This document shows, in pieces, positions 48,842 to 61,242 of a DNA stretch of 64,000 nucleotides. The notes beneath the pieces were generated by a model. That model had not been told where the DNA came from and ran no database searches. It worked only from the letters and a program-made list of their open reading frames with translations. The stretch spans positions 276,954,001-277,018,000 of the forward strand of contig OZ024741.1 of the NCBI GenBank assembly GCA_964016885.1, written 5' to 3'. The stretch is from Eledone cirrhosa. Its lineage: Eukaryota. The translations under genes and the position numbers were made by a program. Numbering within the stretch: the stretch's first letter is position 1; each line of letters starts with the position of its first letter.

Positions 48842-49329
48842 TATAAATATATATATATATATATACATTAATAAATATGTATATATGTATATATGTGTAT
48901 ATATATATATGTGATCACAGTGTAGGAATGTATAATTGCATGAGCAAATAATATATACTTCCATATACGTCTCCATAGATTGAATGTGTATGTGCATATA
49001 TATATATATATATACACATATAAACAGAGAGAAAGGTAGACATTCTATCAATCTCCCACTGAATCTATATCTATAGTTAATCCCTTCCCAATCATCAATT
49101 CATCACCCTACCCACCACCCACCCCCTCCTGACTAATATGCATACCCCCTCCACCACGACCATCACCACCCTCTACTAAGCCATCCTTCAATCTCATTGA
49201 AACCATTCAGTCAATGACAGCGACATCAGAGAGAGAAACATTCCAATACTTGTTGCAGCGACATCAGAGAGAGAAACATTCCAATACTTGTTGCAGCATC
49301 AAATGATTAAAATATCACAAACTGTTAGA

Positions 49330-49369
<40 letters not shown>

Positions 49370-49373
<4 letters not shown>

Positions 49374-49887
49374 AAAGAATAGAGGTGTAACACACAAGTT
49401 ATTATATATTGGTAAACGGAATAGAAAATGCTGACAAATTGTTCACAGTTGAAAAATGGTTTAATTAGGAATAAAAGAGTATTAGTGATTGTATGGGTTA
49501 GTATTCAGTTGTGGTTTTAAGTTTTTAAGTTTTTACGGTTGCGCATTTCTAAATGCTTTTCAAAAATAATTTTGAGATAGAGTGTCCGTGCTGTTTGCTC
49601 TGTTCTGATTAGTTTTGGGAATTCTACCTGTTTTTATGTTAAAAAAATGGCTCCAGCGTTATTTTTGTGTTGTAAAAAATGCTTGTGGTCAAAACAATTT
49701 TGATTGGTCGGTAGAGGTCATGTGAATGTAAAAAGTTGATTTTGCGCCAAGACTGTTTTTATGTTAAAATGTTAGAAAAGTGCTCCAGCAAAGATTATGG
49801 TCAAAACAATTTTGATTGGTCGGTAGAGGTCATGTGGATAAAAAATTGGTTTTGCGCCAAGATTGAGAAATGACTCTTTCACAACAA

Positions 49888-49963
<76 letters not shown>

Positions 49964-50032
49964 TAGTAGTAGTAAGGTATTCGATGCTGCGACAATAGCC
50001 ACCAGCGATGTGTGTCAAATGGCTATTAAGAT

Positions 50033-50066
<34 letters not shown>

Positions 50067-50138
50067 ACACACACACAGCAGAGTCATTCGAAGGTCAAAA
50101 GATATTTTTCAGCTTTTGTCTTATACGGAGAAGTGCGC

Positions 50139-50169
<31 letters not shown>

Positions 50170-50377
50170 AGTCTCTTTGTATGTTGATGTACGCGTGTGT
50201 ATGTGTCTGCGTACACACGCGTGCGTGCGTGTGTGTGCGTGTGTGGGTGGACCAGTATTTTTTTCCCCCCCCCCCTGGTAAAATGGTGTACATTATTCGA
50301 TTTTTTCAGTAAAATCGGTTCTCTTAATAGAACATCAACAATCTTAACAATAAAAGGTGTGAAATGATATTCACTAT

Positions 50378-50422
<45 letters not shown>

Positions 50423-51044
50423 CATTTTCACTACACACATATATATACATATATACATATATACATACATATATATGCACATATATTTTTTTGTATTGCA
50501 CCATAGAGCATGTGTGTTTACGTGTGTCATTGTGTTTATATGTGGGTAGAGATGTGTGCTGATGTAGGTATGTATGTTGACGTGTGTATGTTGTGGGTTC
50601 GTCTTAGGGAGAAGTGTTTAGACGGGGTCCGTATTTGTTAATGAAGTAAGATTCCTTGCTGATGCGCTGGGTGTGGGTGGCATTATCTTTAAATTTGTAG
50701 AGGGGAAAGATTCTGAAGTTGGGATGATTTTGGGCGGCGCAGGTATCAATGTGTTCACTCAGTGGTATTTTCCTGTATTCCCGTATTTTAATTTGGGATC
50801 TATGGACAGTCATGCGTTGGCGGAGGCTGTTTTTAGTCTGGCCTATGTATTGTTCTCGACAACCTGAACAAGTTAATACATATATTAAATTTTCCGATGC
50901 ACATGTGAAATTGTGTTTTACTATAAAACGTTGTCCATCTTTGAAATAGAATTCGAACCCTCTATTAGGTTGATGCAAATGCCACAGTGGGGTCTATCGC
51001 ATTTTTTTACTATTGTCGCAGCATCGAATACCTTACTACTACTA

Positions 51045-51120
<76 letters not shown>

Positions 51121-51600
51121 TTGTTGTGAAGAGTCATTTCTCAATCTTGGCGCAAAACCAATTTTTTATCCACATGACCTCTACCGACCAATCAAAATTG
51201 TTTTGACCATAATCTTTGCTGGAGCCACTTTTCTAACATTTAACATAAAAACAGTCTTGGCGCAAAATCAACTTTTACATTCACATGACCTCTACCGACC
51301 AATCAAAATTGTTTTGACCACAAGCATTTTTACAACACAAAAATAACGCTGGAGCCATTTTTTTAACATAAAAACAGGTAGAATCCCAAAACTAATCAGA
51401 ACAGAGCAAACAGCACGGACACTCTATCTCAAAATTATTTTTGAAAAGCATTTAGAAATGCGCAACCGGTAAAAACTTAAAAACTTAAAACCACAACTGA
51501 ATACTAACCCATACAATCACTAATACTCTTTTATTCCTAATTAAACCATTTTTCAACTGTGAACAATTTGTCAGCATTTTCTATTCCGTTTACCAATATA
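49370..51600 (-). mobile_element. 5'-truncated Neptune-like Penelope-like element with a ~590-bp inverted duplication of its 3' region
   Basis: 49405-49998 is the reverse complement of 51010-51600. The unique centre encodes a GIY-YIG domain. Flanked by (TA)n. Confidence 0.85.
50604..51009 (-). pseudogene. GIY-YIG endonuclease domain with an upstream Cys-rich linker (frameshifted, truncated)
   Basis: CDRPHCGICINL (ORF 50921..51118) shifts into FTCASENLIYVLTCSGCREQYIGQTKNSLRQRMTVH...E..FI..Y.P.LN (ORF 50604..50978). The CxxxxCxxC linker is typical of Neptune PLEs. Confidence 0.85.
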
Positions 51601-52132
51601 TATATATATATATATATATATAGTCACTCTCTCTCTTAGCCTCTTCCTCACCTTTCACTCACTCACTCTTTCTTACTACCTATCCTGCTCCTCCTTCTTC
51701 CCGTTTGACCTGTGCGTAATTCTTTTCTTTCGCACGCTTGGTCAGGCTGGTTCGCCTTTTTTTCTCTCTCTCGTCTACGATTTCACAGAACTTATGTTCA
51801 CCGAATTCACAGACTAGATTCCTTCTTCCTCCCGTTAGACCTGTACGGAATTCCTTCTTTGCTAACATTCCAACCAGGTTTGATGGTCTTTATTCTCTCT
51901 CGTTCATGATTTCACCGAACTTATATTCATGGAAATTTGTGACTTGACTCGTTCTTCCTCACTTTTCGTTGCTTCACCATCTTTGTTCGTTTACACTCTC
52001 GTGTCCCCTTTATTTACGTGTCCCAACGACTTTTTTTAGCCGTATCTCGCACCAACCGGAGGTATATGGTCTTTAAAGCGATAAAATACCAATGATGGTT
52101 GGAAGATCACTGATGAAGGGCTAACTTTATTC

Positions 52133-52169
<37 letters not shown>

Positions 52170-52176
52170 TATATAT

Positions 52177-52178
52177 AG

Positions 52179-52244
<66 letters not shown>
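52177..52244. repeat. (GATA)n tract at the LINE 3' end; matching (GATA)n at 57364-57388 at the 5' end
   Basis: Seen directly. Confidence 0.95.
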
Positions 52245-52473
52245 TTCTATTTATTTGCCACGAGGGCACAAAAGAAGGGGACATTTACACAGTGGGGGAG
52301 TTTACATAAATCGAGTAAAGAAAAAAGGAATAACAATAATAATATAACAATAAAAAGTCCTCAAAAGGGAGGGGACGTGTTGGGGATTGCACATACCCCC
52401 GAAAAGTGTGCAACTCTTTTCGCGGTGGAAGCCCAGAGAGGAGGCGCTCCCCCTTTCCTCTTCACTTCTTCAC

Positions 52474-55300
52474 CTACAGAACAATGTAGAGAGAAGGCCC
52501 ATTTACACGGGCCATTCTCGCTTCTTTCACCCACCTTTCATAAAACTGTTTGGGGCCAAGCACTTCTCTCTCCATCCTGATCCTTCTTCCGAAGTGGTAT
52601 CGGAAGAAGTAAACCAGGTGATGGCCGGAGAGAAAGTCACCCGACCTCAGACCTTTCAGGCGCGTCCACCACACAACCTCTTTCATCATGGCTATTACGC
52701 ACAGAAAGACCGCCTCTGATTCATTTCTGAAGGGAGGAGGAGGCTTGATGTTCACCACAGACTCGGCGGTTAATCGAATCGGCGCCACACGCGACAGCAG
52801 TCGTTCGACGTAGCCCCACAGATCGGCAACGCCCGGGCAGTGTACCAGTGCATGCGTAACGGTTTCCTCGTCGCGCACGCATCTGGGACAGATCTTTTTC
52901 GCGGGATCCCTGCCCGGGCGCCCGTGTCTGTAGAGCTTTTCTCGAACGGGCAGAGCCCCCCGGTAACACTGCCAGGCTAGGGACCTCTGGAAGTTGTCCA
53001 TGGGTCCCGGGCCGAAAGCTCTACCGAACAGGCTGGCCAGTTCGTCCTCCTCCATGCCTAGCGACTCTCCAAGGGTGTCGTCGCCCTTGCTAGCCACCAA
53101 CCCTCTATAGAATGTCGAGGTGGATTCTCCACTGATAGTCGGGTCCGCTTGCCAGATAGCCGTGAGCGCCTGGGCACACTCGGTGTGCCAGTTGCCCAGT
53201 TTTCTCGGTCTTTGCTTCACCCAGGATTGCAGTTCGGTGAGCGAGACGGCTGACCGTTGAGGAATACCTGTAGATGCCGTAGCCTCAATGCGTGCCTACG
53301 CATCAACAGCCACGGCATACCCAGCCCTCCTTTCGAAGGGTGCTGGCAGCAGATAGATCTCCTCACCATGGGAGGCAGCTTCTTCCAGAGGAACTGGAAG
53401 AGCATGCGTTCCATGATGGTGAGCTTTTCCTTGGGGCAAGGCACGACGGTCAGGCGGTAGTAGATGACGGACGCTATGTAAGCGTTCGTCACCTCCGCCC
53501 GACCTTTCAGTGATAGTTTGCACTTGGCCCACTTCTGGGTCAGCGCAAACACCCTTCTCGTCACCTCGCCCCAATTCTTCTCCACCTGGAGGTCCGGTCC
53601 GAACCAGACCCCGAGCAGCTTCACCGGGCCCTCCGTCCACCGCCCGACGACACCGTCTAACGGCATCGGTTTGCCCCTCCACGTTCCGAGTTGCAAACCG
53701 ACTGACTTGTCCTGGTTCAGCCTAGCCCCCGTCAGCCTTTCGTATTCCTCCAGTAGGGTGGCGATCGCCCCGATTTCCGAGGCGTCCGCCACCATTACTG
53801 TTACGTCGTCGGCATAGGCCGAGACCGCTTTGTGCAATCCCGGTTCCAGGGGTATGCCCCGCAGCAACTCCAACTTCCGCAGCAGTGGCTCGAGAGTCAA
53901 TACGTACAGAAGGGAGGAGAGGGGCACCCCTGTCTGATGGACCGGGTGATTTGAAACGGCTCCGAGAGGTAGCCGTTTACTTTAATCCTAGAGTAGATGT
54001 TGCCACTGTGCATGGCAGAAATCCAGCCCCTGAAAACGGGCCCGAAGCCCGCCGCCGCTAGCACCGCATCCAGGTAACCATGGTCGACCCTATCGAACGC
54101 CTTAGATTGATCCAAGTTGATCAGGGCCCCACCAAAGCCGGGTTCGTTGCCAACCCTCTCTACGATGTATCGCATGAGGTGGAGGTTGTCGTGAATGGAC
54201 CTGTCACGCGGGCCCAGCTAACAGCTTTGGTCCCCTCGTTTCCTAAAGCACGTATTTTACTTCGGACAACGCAGCCTTCGTGCTTCGCGTCAAAGAACTG
54301 GCTCAACGCCGTTCTCGCCGCTAACACTCTGGCCACGTCTCCGCTCCTAATCGCCTCTTCTAGTTTATCTGTTAACTCCCTTTCCTTCCTATTTCTATTT
54401 GCCGCTAGTTCCTTACTGTAACCTATCGAACTTACTCTAATCTCTCTCTTTAGAGATACCCACCACCTGCTGTTGACGATCGCTCCCGTCAACCGCATCT
54501 TAACTAAGCTACTAATCCGGTTCCTGTAATCTTTCTTTGCCGGCAAGGACAAGTTCATCTTCCAGTAACCGGGACCCTGTCTATGCGTTCTATCAAGGTT
54601 GACCACGCAGGTCACTAATTTGTGATCTGAATAGCCAACCATGATCAGTTCTGGACAACTAAATACGTCCCTATCCTTACTCCTAACCAAAAACCTATCT
54701 AGGTACGATCTAGATTGTCCACTGCGGTTTGCCCAGGTCCAGGTTGGCGCAGTTGGACAATCTAGTCGAAATCTATCGACCAGGTCGAATCGATCGAGTA
54801 ACCCCTTGAGGCTGCTACACCCCCCTCTATCGGGACATGCCCCTGCATAGTCCCAACGCGCATCTAGGATTCCATTCCAGTCCCCCACTAAAAGCAGGGA
54901 ACGCGTCGTTCCTAGAAAAGTCTCCAGACGCTGGAAGAAGTCGGCTCTTTCCGCCCCGAAGGGGGCATAAAGACCGACCAGTCTGAAAGCCCCTCCTTCG
55001 CCGCCTCCGACGTCCAGCACCAGTAATCGACACCCCGGGTCCGAGTGAACAGTCTGTACGTCGAGAGCCAGACGTTTATCCAGCAGTACGGCAACTCCCT
55101 CCCCCCCCCCCGCCTCCGGGTTGACAGAGAGATGCGTGCATCTCAAAGTCATCGAAGGCGGGCGCCAGCTGTCTCACGCTGCTGATCCGACTCTCGCAAA
55201 CAACCATCACATCTATACTTTGTGACCTGAGGTCACTTAGAAGCTTTGCTTGCTTCCAAGCTGAGCCCAGGCCACGCGCGTTCAAACAGCCAACTCTCAA
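52474..55300 (-). pseudogene. LINE ORF2: APE endonuclease + reverse transcriptase + CCHC Zn finger, broken by frameshifts and deletions
   Basis: Endonuclease motifs: CLNARGL, VCES, GLYAP, VGDWN, SYLDRF, SDH. RT motifs: LDQSKAFDRVDH, IRQGCP/LSSLLY, AYADD, KLLGV. C-terminal CPRC..ETVTHALVHC. An apparent deletion near 54205 joins SWARV to DRSIHDNL. Frameshifts occur near 55105 (C run), 53925 and 53225. Confidence 0.92.
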
Positions 55301-55372
55301 TTGATCTATTTTGGTGTTGAAAGTGAAGAAAGAAAAGCACCTACCTCTCCGGGTTGTGTAATTTCCATGGCA

Positions 55373-57186
55373 TCAGGTGTGTTGGGTGGAGGGATGTTTT
55401 GTGGTGGTGTGGGGGTACCCGTGTGTGGTGGGGTTTGGGGTATTTGGAGTTGTGTCAGGGAGAGGGGCGGTTATGGGGAAATCTTTCAAGAGGACGCGAT
55501 TTAACGGTTTTAAACAGGGGGGGGGGGGGCTCACGTCCCGTCTAAATTGTTCTTTTAAGGAACGATAAAGGTCCAGAGGGACCTTTATCATTTTTAAATG
55601 GGTGAAGTTCTCTGTTGAGATAAAGTTTGGCCCTTCGGTCTGTACCATAGGGTTATTGTTTATTAATTTAACCAGTTTTTTGTTTTCTTTATTTATATAT
55701 GTGTATTGCAACGTCTTTTTTTGTGATGCTGTCAATGTTTCGGAGAGGGGAGGCGCAGATTTATTTTTGTTTGTTGAGGGTGGGGTGTTTTTGATTGGAG
55801 TTGGTGTTTGTGTGTGGGTTATTTGTGGTGTGCTGGGTGTGTGTTTTCTTTTTTTTCTTTTAACTTGTCTGAAGGCTTCTCCTCCTTCTTCTTCAGAAGT
55901 TGGGGGAAACTCTTCAGCGCTAGGTGGGAGGGACGTGTTGTGTGGTTGTTTTTTTTTGCGGGAGGGGTAGATTTGTTACTGTTTTTTTTATTATTTGTTT
56001 GGAATGGGTTTTGTGGTGGTGGTGGTGGTGGTAATGTTTGTGTCGTGCTTGTGGTTGGTGATGGTGGTGGTGATGTTTGTGTTGTGGTTGGTGATGGTGA
56101 TTTTTGTGTCGTGCTTGTGTCTGGTGCTGGTGGTGGTGATGTTTGTGTTGTGTTTGTGGTTGGTGGTGTCTGTATTTTGTTTGCTGTGTGTGGTATTAGT
56201 GTATTGTTGGAGGTGGGTGGTGTTGGTGTACTGTTTGTGGTGGGTGTGGGCAATAGTCCTTTTTGGGGGATACGTTTCGGGCAGTTAGCCTTAACGTGTC
56301 CCCTTTCCGTGCATAAATAGCATGCTGGTCTTCTCCCCTCTACAATTATATCTATTGGGGTAAGGTCATCCAGCCAGATGCGATCCGGGATTTGTGCTAT
56401 TCTTTCGGGCCTCATTTGGACTAGTATGTCGAGGCCCATTCCCAGGAACGCATCTCCAGTTGCCTTCCCCATTGACAGCATTGTGTCTTCGCCCATGTCT
56501 ATGAAGCTAGCAATAGCCCACCAGAAGTCCATTGTGGGCAGCATTGTTTTTACTTTTACTCTCTGTGTTCTTCTACCCATGTAGGAGGGATAGAAGCTGT
56601 ATGTTGTCGATGAGAGTGGGCTTAGGGAAAGCTTCTCCGCCGTTTCCTTGTCTTTTGTTAAGACCGAAATGCTGCCATAGAGTCGGTCCTTTCGTATGAA
56701 GAGAATATTCTTCATATAGTCTTTTAGGACCAACTCTATTTCCATTTGGCTGGGCTGTGCTGGCTTTCTTGTTTGGTTCAATATAGTTCTGAAGAGAACT
56801 GTGCTCTCTGTTCTGGCTTTCTTGAATTCTGGGGGGGGGGGGGGGGAGTTAATGGAAAACATTCCGTTCTCCCCCAAGACTATTTGTTTTTTCGCTTCGG
56901 CCAGTTTTTCTCTGGCGGCAGTTAAGTCAATTGGTGTGTATGTTATGGATTGTTTTGTTTTCTGGGCGAAAGTTGCCCTGTTGTTATTTGTATTATTTTC
57001 TGTTTGTTTGTTTTCCGTTTGCTCATTTTCCTTAACATTTGTTTTTTCATTTTCCTTGTTTGTTTCGTTGTCTAATTTTGTTGTAATTATTTTTTGTTCT
57101 TCAGACTTGGGGGGCGTGGCAGAGCTAATGGCAGACATGTCTGCCATCTTTTCCGCCATGCTGCCAAGAAAGAAATTTTTCGGCAA
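55373..57186 (-). CDS. LINE ORF1 (gag-like, CCHC zinc knuckle, Pro/Thr-rich C-terminus); one frameshift near 55950-55990
   Basis: ORF 55819..57186 contains EGRRPACYLCTERGHVKANCP. An alternative frame from the A runs near 55950 (RKKKQPHNTSLPPSAEEF...SETLTASQKK) reads into ORF 55373..55735. Confidence 0.8.
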
Positions 57187-57532
57187 AAAAATAGATATTT
57201 ATTTTACCCCCTAAAAAGGGGGTAAATGCAATAATGTTTCCCTAAATAACAGGGGTTAGTGTTCCAAATGTGTTGCACTGAAAAATTTATCCGGTACTTA
57301 CTATAGTAAGGGTAAATCCCGATGGAATAGCGGAGCCGATGTCAAGCGTGTCTTACTCTATCAAGATAGATAGATAGATAGATAGATATACACGGGTGTG
57401 TATGATTGTGTATAGAAGATTATATTAATAAAAGGAATTCCAACCTTGTCTGATTTACTCGTTTTATTTACAATCCTTTAAAATTTATAATGGTTTTAGA
57501 ATGAAATAGTATGGTAGAATATTAAATGTTAG

Positions 57533-57721
57533 GGCGGTGAATTGGCAGTATCGGTAGAGGGTCGGACACCATGCTTTGACGTATAGAGTTACGGCCCTTG
57601 CCATTCTGAGTTCAAATCCCGCCAAGGTTAACTTTGCCTTTCATCCTTACGGGGTCGATAAAATAAAGTACCAGTAATGCACTGGGTAATTGCTGGCCTT
57701 GTGCCTAATGTAGAAACAATT
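57533..57721 (+). mobile_element. tRNA-derived SINE resembling octopus OR-type SINEs
   Basis: A-box-like TGGCAGTATCGG, B-box GAGTTCAAATCC, central GCCTTTCATCCTTACGGGGTCGATAAAATAAAGTACCAG and tail GCTGGCCTTGTGCC..TAGAAACAATT. The family name is from recall, not a search. Confidence 0.8.
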
Positions 57722-57812
57722 AAATGTCAAATATTAATTGAACAAGTACTTTCATGCTTTCGCAATCTTCAGGTTCATAATGTGTGGTGACAGTCAAGTT
57801 TGCAATTTTCAA

Positions 57813-57862
<50 letters not shown>

Positions 57863-57902
57863 TACAAATATTAATAAAATAGATGTTCTTTTTATCAATT
57901 AC

Positions 57903-57955
57903 ATTTTATTATACATATTTCGGATGTACAACAGTACGTCCTCATCAGACAAAAT
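57903..57955 (-). ncRNA. Type I hammerhead ribozyme motif, family 3 (AUA site)
   Basis: Minus strand reads ATTTTGT-CTGATGA-GGACGTAC-tgtt-GTACATCC-GAAA-T-atgt-A-TA-ATAAAAT. Helix I is 7 bp, helix II is 8 bp with a canonical G10.1-C11.1 pair and one mismatch, and helix III is short. Confidence 0.85.
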
Positions 57956-58548
57956 ATAATGATATATGATATACCCTGAGATGTTAAATGGTTAAGATTT
58001 AATCAAGGTAGTGATTAACCTAAGAGAAAGTTTAACATTTATACCCTAATAATGAGAAAATGCGAAAACGTAATAAATTCAGTAGAGAATGTGTGAGTAA
58101 GAAAAACGTTGCTTAATGTAACAGCTATAGAGATTTTAAAATGTATGATACTACAATTTATCAGGGAAAGCGGTCAATAAGAGCCGCTGAGGTAATATAT
58201 ATATAGAGAGGGAATATATGTAGAAGGAGATTTTCCGAAAGTTAAACGGTTAGGTTTGAAAATATTTAATTTATGCTATTTTAGGGTGAAGAGTCAGGAT
58301 TTTAGGGAGGTTTTTTTTAAATTGCAGGTTATATATTAGTTTTGTGAATTCAATAAGCGTTTTAACATTTCTAAACTTCAGAATTTTATGATGATAACTT
58401 TTAAAGGATTTAGCTGACCAGCGGAAAATAAAGTTTACACTGTCGAATATTTTTCTAAATGTAAGTTTTACCGGAGATATTCATTGTCAACATATATAGT
58501 ATGTAAATCTTATGAAGTATTTATTGTTAGAAATATTTAAATAACTAT

Positions 58549-58712
<164 letters not shown>

Positions 58713-59786
58713 TACAATAACAGAGATAGTTTAAAGCTAATCTCTGACTGGTAACCATCTCACTCAACAAACATTAGGTTATATTTTAATATAAACCCAA
58801 TTTAAGTGTTTGGGGTGCTAACAATATGTATTATGTGGAAAAGCCAGTTGTATTATTTTATGAGATATAATTAAAGTTAAAATATATCTCTCTTTCCAAA
58901 CAATTGTTTCATTATAAGTTTTCTACAAATTCGGAGAATATTTCCAGTTTATGTAGAAGCCCAATATACATTCATGTAAGAATATATTTAGGTGGGCGCT
59001 TATAAATCATCAGTGGAAGCCCATTAAACCTTGATATAAGAAAAACATTTCTTACCACGGTTAAAAATCATGTCCGTTAAGTTGCTCTTTCCCGCATCGA
59101 ATGACCGGCAAATTTGAAATTCCAGCAGTTTTTGACTGAGGAAGTGTTATAGCGTCACTAAGCGGGAAGGGGAGACAACTACGATCCACGAAAGGAGGAA
59201 AAAAATATAATATACACGCGGGTTAATCAGTTTATTCGAAAACATTATCAATCCAACGTGTTAAGAACTCAATTGAAATTAAAAAAATATAAATATATGC
59301 GTGTATAAATTACACACGCATATAGATATTTTCTTAAGCTAAAATCAGAGGTTGTACCTGAATAAGAAACCGCATCTCGTAACCGTAGTAAATATGGAAA
59401 GTTATGCTTTAAAGGGCAAATGGGAATGTAAATCTCCGGCCGAATTAAGAGTAAAATATAAAACACACGCGGGTTAATTAGTTATTTCAAAACTAATATC
59501 AATTCCTCGTGTAAAGAACTCAATTAATTTAAAAAAATAAATGTATGCATGTAATTATATACATAGGCATATATATATTTTCTTAGGCTAAAAAACAGAG
59601 AAGTTACAACCAATAAAAGCCACAATATCGCACAACAGTAATAAATACGGAAAGTCAAATTTATAAGGTACCTGGATATATATATTAATGCGCCTGTACA
59701 TATATATATGTGTGCATGTATGTATATATATATATATATGCATATATATATATTAATGAGCCCGTACATATATATATGTGTGCATG

Positions 59787-59826
<40 letters not shown>

Positions 59827-60052
59827 CTACTGTACGTCTGTATACATATATGTATGTACGTATACATACTTATATTTAAGTAACAGCCGTACTAAGAGTG
59901 GGAAATGAAATTTCGTTTCATTTTTTCCGTTTATCGTTTTCGGTGCACCCGGCCGATTAACCCACTCGATATGCAAATTGGGCTACTCAGCCGTTAATAT
60001 GGATAAGGAAAGTATATACTTTCGGACGTTCAACAATCTGGCAGGAAGGTAT

Positions 60053-60095
60053 ACGTTGCTGACGATAGCTAACAAGCTTGAAACTAGTACAGCGT
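60053..60095 (+). ncRNA. Compact type I hammerhead ribozyme motif, family 4 (GUA site)
   Basis: ACGTTG-CTGACGA-tAGCTaacaAGCTt-GAAA-CTAG-TA-CAGCGT. Helix I is 6 bp, helix II is 4 bp, helix III is the palindrome ACTAGT, and the predicted cut is after 60089. Confidence 0.82.
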
Positions 60096-61242
60096 CCCTT
60101 TGTCAGTGTTGAACAAACGAGCAACGGTGGTTGCTAGACACTGCGGCTTAATACGGGATGTTTGTTTACAAACACACCGAGCATTATAATAAATGTTTGG
60201 TGAATCCATACGTACATATATAAATGTGTGCATGTATGTATATATATATACATACTACTGTACGTCTGTATACATATATGTATGTACGTGTACATACTTA
60301 TATTTAAGTAACAGCCGTACTAAGAGTGGGAAATGAAATTTCGTTTCATTTTTTCCGTTTAATGAGCCTTTATATTTTAGGTAAATGATAACGAAAATAA
60401 AAATTAAAATATAAAAAGATAATAGATTTAGGCATGCTAAGGTTAGATATATACGTATATATAAAAGGGTGTAAATGCATTGATTATTCATAGTTCAAAA
60501 TCAATGATAATCAATAAATGTAACTAAAAATTATGTATATAATGATATATGGAGGTTTGTATGGATATAAATTAGGTATTATTGATATAAATTATGTATT
60601 ATTGATACAGTATACTTTAGGTAAATGATAACGGTTATAATTTTATATAATAAGGTTCGAAACGTGTTATAGTTAAATATATATATATAAGAAAAGCAAG
60701 GAAAGTTTACACTGTTGAATATTTTCCTAAATATAAACTTTACCGAAGAATCAATTGTCAACTTATGGTATGTAAATCTTATGAAGTACTTATTGTTAGA
60801 AATATTTAATTAACGATTATGTATATAGATATTTATTAATGAGCCAGTATATTTTAGGTAAATGATAACGAAAAAATTATAATAGATTGAGGCATGCAAT
60901 GTTAAATATATACCGATATAACAGGGTGTAAATGCATTAATTATTCATAGTTCAAATAAATAATAATCAAAAACACATGAAAAATTCACAGTTAGAAATA
61001 AGTTCCATAAAAATGTATGGGTTGGATATTAAACTAAAATTTAAACCTTAGATAGGAAGATAAAGATAGAGAAATAAAGAAATAATGGTATGGATCAACA
61101 TTAATAATTATAATATTATGTTATGTATATCAATGTTCCGGCATGTTATTGAACAAGTGTTTTTCATTCAAGCGTTATTTCTTCTATAGATAGATTATAA
61201 GATAACGTAATATTTAAGGTCATTAATGTTTTTCCCTGTTGA

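Larger units (their letters stand above)
52245..57363 (-). mobile_element. Near full-length L1/Tx1-like non-LTR retrotransposon (defective)
   Basis: Contains a 5' UTR, ORF1 with a CCHC knuckle, and ORF2 with APE endonuclease, RT and a C-terminal Zn finger. AATAAA lies at the 3' end (52250-52255 minus). (GATA)n flanks both sides. Confidence 0.92.

Noticed and set aside
55808-56320. Gly/Val-rich plus-strand ORFs and other ORFs antisense to the LINE and PLE coding regions
   Set aside because: Antisense shadows of the true minus-strand frames.
59130-59200. CTGAGGA-AGTG...CACT as an HHR
   Set aside because: No GAAA follows the stem, and there is no helix I/III.
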